Assembly (NCBI GenBank): GCA_947306705.1
Contig: CAMZHD010000002.1
Coordinates: forward strand, 1 to 50,198
Direction: 5' to 3'
Source: an uncultured Bacillales bacterium
GTDB taxonomy: Bacteria; Bacillota_I; Bacilli_A; RF39; UBA660
Length of the DNA: 50,198 nt
This document shows, piece after piece, positions 45,251 through 50,198 of this stretch. The first letter of the stretch is position 1; the number at the start of each line of letters is the position of its first letter. A program made the position numbers and the translations under genes. The notes beneath the pieces were generated by a model. The model did no database searches. It was given only the letters and a program-made list of their open reading frames with translations, and was not told the origin of the DNA.

Positions 45251-46697
45251 TAATAATAAGTATGTAAAAATACAAAGTGAAAAAATTAAAGAACGATTCA
45301 AATTATTTGATAAGTTGTACCTAGAAGTAGGGGGTAAACTATTTGATGATTCTCATGCTGCAAGAATCCTTCCTGGATTTAAAAACGATGTTAAAATCAG
45401 CATGTTTAAGGAATTAAAAGATGATTTAGAAATTATTTTCTGTATTAATGCAGGAGATATTGAAAAAAATAAAACTAGAGGAGAATATGGCATTACGTAT
45501 GATGCAGAAGTACTAAATTTAATTAGAAAATCAAAAAAGATGGGATTCTCTGTAAATAGTGTTGTCATTACATTATATAAGAATCAACCAAGTGTAGACA
45601 AATTCACTAAGAAATTAAATCGTAATGGAATTAAAACCTATATTCACACGTTTACAAAAGGATATCCAACCGATGTAGATACAATCGTATCAGAAGAAGG
45701 ATATGGAGCTAACCCATACGTAGAAACAACGAAACCATTAATCTTAGTAAATGCACCAGGTCCAGGTAGTGGAAAACTAGCAACTTGTCTTTCTCAAATC
45801 TATCATGAAAATAAAAGAGGAGTAAATGCAGGATATGCTAAATTTGAAACATTCCCTGTATGGAGCTTACCTTTAAAACATCCAGTAAACTTAGCATATG
45901 AAGCTGCTACAGCTGATCTAAAAGACGTTAATATGATAGATCCATTCCATCTAGAAAAGTATGGAACAATCGCTATTAACTACAATCGAGATGTAGAAGC
46001 ATTTCCAATTTTGAAAAATATACTTAGTAAAGTATCTAAAAAAGATATATATAATTCTCCTACTGATATGGGAGTTAACATGGTAGGATTCTGTATTACA
46101 GATAATGACTTAGTAGAAGAAGCCTCAAAAAAAGAAATTGTTAGAAGATACTACAATGAATTAAATAATTATAAAATGGGTCTTTGTGATGAAGATACGT
46201 ATAAAAAAATCAAATTATTAATGAATGAATTAAAGATTGATGAGAACTATTTAGATGTAATAGAACCAGCTCTAAAGAAAAAACAAAAGGAAAAAGGAAA
46301 ACCAGTCATTGCGATGAAAGTCAATCGAAAGATTATAACTGGCAAACAAACAGATTTAATGACACCTGCTGGAACAGTAATACTAAATGCAATTAAAGAT
46401 ATTAGTAAAATACCAGATGACATTTATCTATTATCTCCAACCGTTCTAGAACCCATCTTAAAATTAAAGAAAGAAATGGGAGTAGGAGATCGTCTAACAT
46501 TACCAGAAGTTTTAACAGCATTAAGTATTTGTTCTGTAACAAACCCACTAGCTGCAAAAGCGCTATCAAGCTTAAGTAAATTAAAAGGTGCAGAAGCGCA
46601 TTCAACATACATTATTACAGGTTCAGATAAAAGAGCCTTAAAAAGTTTAAAAATTAATTTTACATGTGAAAATGAATTTTTAGAAGAAGAACTGTAA
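45234..46697 (+). CDS. UPF0371/DUF1846 family protein
   Basis: Near full-length colinearity with streptococcal UPF0371: HAARILPGF, APGPGSGKLATC, GYAKFETFPVW.LPL.HPVNLAYEAATADL.DVNMIDPFHL and SPTDMGVNMVGF. Confidence 0.85.
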   Translation: MKTGFDNNKYVKIQSEKIKERFKLFDKLYLEVGGKLFDDSHAARILPGFKNDVKISMFKELKDDLEIIFCINAGDIEKNKTRGEYGITYDAEVLNLIRKSKKMGFSVNSVVITLYKNQPSVDKFTKKLNRNGIKTYIHTFTKGYPTDVDTIVSEEGYGANPYVETTKPLILVNAPGPGSGKLATCLSQIYHENKRGVNAGYAKFETFPVWSLPLKHPVNLAYEAATADLKDVNMIDPFHLEKYGTIAINYNRDVEAFPILKNILSKVSKKDIYNSPTDMGVNMVGFCITDNDLVEEASKKEIVRRYYNELNNYKMGLCDEDTYKKIKLLMNELKIDENYLDVIEPALKKKQKEKGKPVIAMKVNRKIITGKQTDLMTPAGTVILNAIKDISKIPDDIYLLSPTVLEPILKLKKEMGVGDRLTLPEVLTALSICSVTNPLAAKALSSLSKLKGAEAHSTYIITGSDKRALKSLKINFTCENEFLEEEL

Positions 46698-46765
46698 AGT
46701 ACATGAAAAAAGGTTTATAAAAATAAAAAAGTATTGTACAATATTACTATAGAGGAGGATATGAT

Positions 46766-47086
46766 ATGAAGACTTGTCCAAAATGTGGGAAACCAATAAC
46801 AATGAATATATGTGATTGTGGAGGATATGTAGATGAAAACAATCTAGCATCCATGTCAACCTATATCGCTGCAGGTGGAAGTATGGCCCCTGAAGTAAAA
46901 TTCTTAGATATTATTTCAACGTATATAAAGAAAAAAGATTTTGAAGATATTACAGATAAAATACTAGAAGCTGTTCATGATGATATGCCAAATAAAGCAT
47001 ATGCAATCAATCTATTACAATCCATTCTAGATTTAAGAACAGAAGAACAAATCAAAAAAGCGATTGAAGCTTTAGAAAAAGAATAA
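46766..47086 (+). CDS. Hypothetical protein with an N-terminal zinc-ribbon-like CxxC...CxC
   Basis: CPKCGKPITMNICDCG. GAGGAGG SD. Confidence 0.55.
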   Translation: MKTCPKCGKPITMNICDCGGYVDENNLASMSTYIAAGGSMAPEVKFLDIISTYIKKKDFEDITDKILEAVHDDMPNKAYAINLLQSILDLRTEEQIKKAIEALEKE

Positions 47087-47110
47087 AAAAGACAGTTACC
47101 TGTCTTTTAT
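47085..47110. terminator. Bidirectional terminator
   Basis: A-run, then AGACAG-TTAC-CTGTCT, then T-run. Confidence 0.7.
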
Positions 47111-48043
47111 TTTTTGGATAAATTCACGGATAGATAAAAAATCATGATAAGGAGTATTCGAGTCTATATACTGCTGTCTTTTAATATTGACAAAGAATTG
47201 AATCGTATCATTCGTCAATTGATAATTAGGAAATCTTTCATAGAAATCAAGCAGATTCTTAGACCAATCGATAATCTTCTCAATATCATATTTCCCATCA
47301 TACTCCATATAATAGAAATACATTGTTACTAAGAAATTCATAGTATTAGAAACTAAAAAATGCTTGTCTGCGCCTCTTTTAAGAGCTTCTTCAAGAGCCC
47401 AACACATATTATAAGAAAAACCTTCTAATCCAGTAAAACCATATAAACGATTATTACGACGAGTAATAGAATTAGGATTTTCATGATAGCAATAAGTAAC
47501 TTCTTCCAAGAACTCAATCTTAGCGTTAAGTAAAAAGATTAGTCTAACAAAACCATTATCTTCATTTGCCCTAGAATTATTAAAAGAAATGTGATGATTC
47601 TCTAAGAAAGCTCTTTTAAATATTTTTCCATGTAACCAAACATAATTATGTGTTTTTACAAGTCTCTCTTGATCTCTTTCATAAATAAAATCACTAATCA
47701 CTAAATCAGAATTTGTCTCAACAATTTTATTATATAAATGAATAAGAGCAAATTCTCCTGCAAAATAATCATCACTATCAATAAAAACAATATAAGGAGA
47801 AGAACTATTCTCCATCCCCACATTTCGAGCAACTCCAGGTCCTCCGTTTACCTTTGTTTTTACCTCTTGAATAGGGAAATAAATAGAATATTTTTTAACA
47901 AACTCTGAATAATCATGATTGGAGCAATCATCCACAAGAATTACTTGAAAGTCATCTATCTCTTTTTGATTCATAATAGAATTCAACGTAATATCGATTG
48001 TATCATGAGCATTATAAGCAGGAATGATAATATCTAGTTTCAT
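47096..48043 (-). CDS. Glycosyltransferase family 2
   Basis: DIIIPAYNA, ILVDDCS and FIDSDDY (DxD). Start probably ATG 48043; 48055 is an alternative. Confidence 0.8.
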   Translation of the reverse strand: MKLDIIIPAYNAHDTIDITLNSIMNQKEIDDFQVILVDDCSNHDYSEFVKKYSIYFPIQEVKTKVNGGPGVARNVGMENSSSPYIVFIDSDDYFAGEFALIHLYNKIVETNSDLVISDFIYERDQERLVKTHNYVWLHGKIFKRAFLENHHISFNNSRANEDNGFVRLIFLLNAKIEFLEEVTYCYHENPNSITRRNNRLYGFTGLEGFSYNMCWALEEALKRGADKHFLVSNTMNFLVTMYFYYMEYDGKYDIEKIIDWSKNLLDFYERFPNYQLTNDTIQFFVNIKRQQYIDSNTPYHDFLSIREFIQKIKDR

Positions 48044-48141
48044 AGCCTTCACCATTATTATTGTAGCAAACAATTGAAATAAAAGAAACAAATACGGAAT
48101 AATTATGATAGAATAGAAATATAGGTTATAGGAGTGTTTAT

Positions 48142-49428
48142 ATGCAAGAAATATCTAAAAAAGAAATATGGAACGCTTTAATAAAATACAATCAATTTTT
48201 TGATTGTTTAGTATCACATCCAGATGAAAAAATAGGAAATCTATTATTTACTGTACATAATGAAGATACAAAAGATATTGTTAAAACAAAAAATATCAAT
48301 ATAATGATGGAATCATTAGAATACTTATCAAATATAGAAAACGATTATTTTAAATCCATTAATAATACCGATATTGGAACAGATATCGATAAAAAAACAT
48401 TATTTGAAAAACCTTCAGAAGCAAAAAAGTTTTCATGGAAATTAATCCTTAAAAATATACAAATATGTTTTAAAGAAAATAGTAAAACAAAGTATTACAA
48501 ATTATATGATGAAGGAGACATATTAGAGTGTGTTAATGAAGAAGCAACACCAATTCCATTTCATATAAAGATTGAAATGAAACCATTATTATTAATGATC
48601 CAAAAAATACTCCATACAGAATATTACTATAGTTATAGTAGTCTTCATTTTGAAGAAGGAGAATTCCATGAAATATGTTTAAAAGATAGATGGAATATTA
48701 ATTCTGAAAAAGATTATATTGATTTACGTGTTGCGAATAAAACTTATAAAGAACAAGATATCGATTATATTGAATTATTAAAGAAAAATAAACTAGATTA
48801 TGAAATAAAAAGATATAAACTATTACCAGAACAATTAAATGCTTATCAAGCAATCCTTGAACATGAAAAAACAGACTATATGGATAAATTCATTATGAAA
48901 ACATTTATCAATTACTATAGTCCAAGTATCATGCCTTTAAAAGGAATAAAAACATTCTTTAATATGGAACAAATCAATATGATATTTACACTATATAATA
49001 ATCCTCAAAAAACATTTAATGAGTTTATGGATATATTTAAAAATCTATTTCGTTCACTAATCTTAAATAAAGAAAAAACAACGGAAGAAGAAGAACAATA
49101 TGTTTTCTATATTGAAGAGCCATTCCGTATCTTAACCAATACACAACCAATGATATATCAAAAATACTATAATAGTGCCATCAATATGATTGAATATTTC
49201 CTATCAAACATTTATAAAAATAAAACCATACAAGTAGGGGAAGAAATCATTAAGAAAGAAATACTAATCAAAGCATTTAAAGAAAATAAATGGTTCTTAA
49301 ATCCAAACGAAAGAACCATTATTCATATTGTAGATATTCAAAAAAAGAACCAAGTATATCAATTTAAAGAAAAACTTCAAGTAGATTTAGAAACATTATT
49401 TAAAACAATCCTTTTATTGGATAAATAG
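48142..49428 (+). CDS. Hypothetical protein, 428 aa
   Basis: Long ORF with AGGAGTG SD. No motif recognised. Confidence 0.6.
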   Translation: MQEISKKEIWNALIKYNQFFDCLVSHPDEKIGNLLFTVHNEDTKDIVKTKNINIMMESLEYLSNIENDYFKSINNTDIGTDIDKKTLFEKPSEAKKFSWKLILKNIQICFKENSKTKYYKLYDEGDILECVNEEATPIPFHIKIEMKPLLLMIQKILHTEYYYSYSSLHFEEGEFHEICLKDRWNINSEKDYIDLRVANKTYKEQDIDYIELLKKNKLDYEIKRYKLLPEQLNAYQAILEHEKTDYMDKFIMKTFINYYSPSIMPLKGIKTFFNMEQINMIFTLYNNPQKTFNEFMDIFKNLFRSLILNKEKTTEEEEQYVFYIEEPFRILTNTQPMIYQKYYNSAINMIEYFLSNIYKNKTIQVGEEIIKKEILIKAFKENKWFLNPNERTIIHIVDIQKKNQVYQFKEKLQVDLETLFKTILLLDK

Positions 49429-49436
49429 GTGATCAT

Positions 49437-50048
49437 ATGGCAAAATTATATTTTCGATATGGAACCATGAATTGCGGAAAAAGTACTGTATTAATGCAAG
49501 TGGCTCACAATTATGAAGAAAATGAAAGAAAAGTAATCATTGTAAAATCTACAATTGATACAAAAGCAGATGATCAAATAGAATCAAGAATTGGAATTAG
49601 AAGAAAAGTAGATATCTTAATTCATCCAGATGAATCTTTCAAACCATATTATAAAAAATGGAAAAATAAGATTGCTTGCATCTTGGTAGATGAAGCTCAA
49701 TTCTTAACAAAAGATCAAGTAGATGAATTATGGGGTGTCGCAAAAGACTTAAATATTCCGGTTATTTGTTATGGGCTAAGAACAGATTTTAGTTCTCATG
49801 TTTTTCCAGGAAGTTTAAGACTATTTGAATTAGCAGATGAATTAGAAGAAATTATTACAATCTGTAGTTGCGGAAAAAGAGCAAAATTCAACGCAAGATT
49901 TGTAAATGGAAAGTTCGTACAAGAGGGAGAAAGTATCTTAATAGATGGTTCTCAAAAAAATGTAGAATACAAACCAAAATGTGGTTATTGTTATAAAAAA
50001 TTAAAAAATGTCAAAACATTTAAAAGACTCAATATCAATATCTCGTGA
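49437..50048 (+). CDS. tdk: Thymidine kinase
   Basis: GTMNCGKST P-loop, VDEAQF, and C-terminal Zn-ribbon cysteines CSCG...CGYC. Confidence 0.9.
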   Translation: MAKLYFRYGTMNCGKSTVLMQVAHNYEENERKVIIVKSTIDTKADDQIESRIGIRRKVDILIHPDESFKPYYKKWKNKIACILVDEAQFLTKDQVDELWGVAKDLNIPVICYGLRTDFSSHVFPGSLRLFELADELEEIITICSCGKRAKFNARFVNGKFVQEGESILIDGSQKNVEYKPKCGYCYKKLKNVKTFKRLNINIS

Positions 50049-50198
50049 TTTAAAAATAGAAGAAGATGCAAAAGATAATCTTCGTTACAATGAAATGTCA
50101 TTGAAATCAATAACTCAAAAGTTTTTAAAAGAACCATTAACAGTAGAATCAGTGGATAAAAAATTTCGTCAAATGTATGAAAGTGATAAAAGGGCATC

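Noticed and set aside
50095-50198. Open frame running off the 3' end of the window (MSLKSITQKFLKEPLTVESVDKKFRQMYESDKRA...).
   Set aside because: It is too short, has no convincing SD, and cannot be identified. It may be the start of a gene, but I cannot support a call.
1-50198. CRISPR arrays, IS elements or transposases, prophage genes, rRNA genes, and toxin-antitoxin pairs.
   Set aside because: Reading through the intergenic regions and translations showed no direct-repeat/spacer arrays, no DDE, serine or tyrosine recombinase motifs, no phage structural genes and no recognisable TA families. All non-coding gaps over 100 bp are accounted for by promoters, riboswitch leaders or terminators, except 11413-11557, which is reported as a finding.

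Overview
AT-rich, tightly packed, low-GC Firmicute-type chromosome segment (strong GGAGG-type Shine-Dalgarno sites, TGA used as a stop, many hairpin plus T-run terminators). An Erysipelotrichia-like gut lineage is my guess only. All homology calls come from motifs read in the translations; no database search was run. Confidently recognised housekeeping content: the 3' part of tRNA-Leu(UAG), asnA behind an Asn T-box, aspS behind an Asp T-box, metK behind a SAM-I riboswitch, alr, tdk, a RumA-type rRNA methyltransferase, a YbaK-type deacylase, a VanY/M15 peptidase, a PAP2 phosphatase, LysM and transglutaminase-like proteins, NUDIX hydrolases, and glycosyltransferases of families 2, 4-like and 6. 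The most system-like unexplained block is 14.2-20.1 kb. It is a self-contained operon built around an archaeal/ER-type signal peptidase (SipW-like). It encodes two small TasA/camelysin-like proteins, a membrane-anchored protein with two PASTA domains fused to a TasA-like domain, and a 968-aa protein with Listeria-Bacteroides repeats and a beta-helix-like region. The two small proteins and the 968-aa protein share a similar N-terminal signal motif, so I interpret the block as an undescribed secreted-fibre or adhesin system. Other points worth a second look: a bacterial NxN-type GT6 glycosyltransferase beside a DUF285/BspA-like repeat surface protein that has an internal sorting-signal-like segment; a stand-alone 58-aa secreted-peptide gene; a three-way-junction RNA candidate ahead of an HD-domain gene; an atypical kinase-fold protein; a CDF transporter inactivated by an internal out-of-frame deletion; and several blocks of unrecognisable genes. 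I saw no CRISPR array, transposase, integrase or rRNA.
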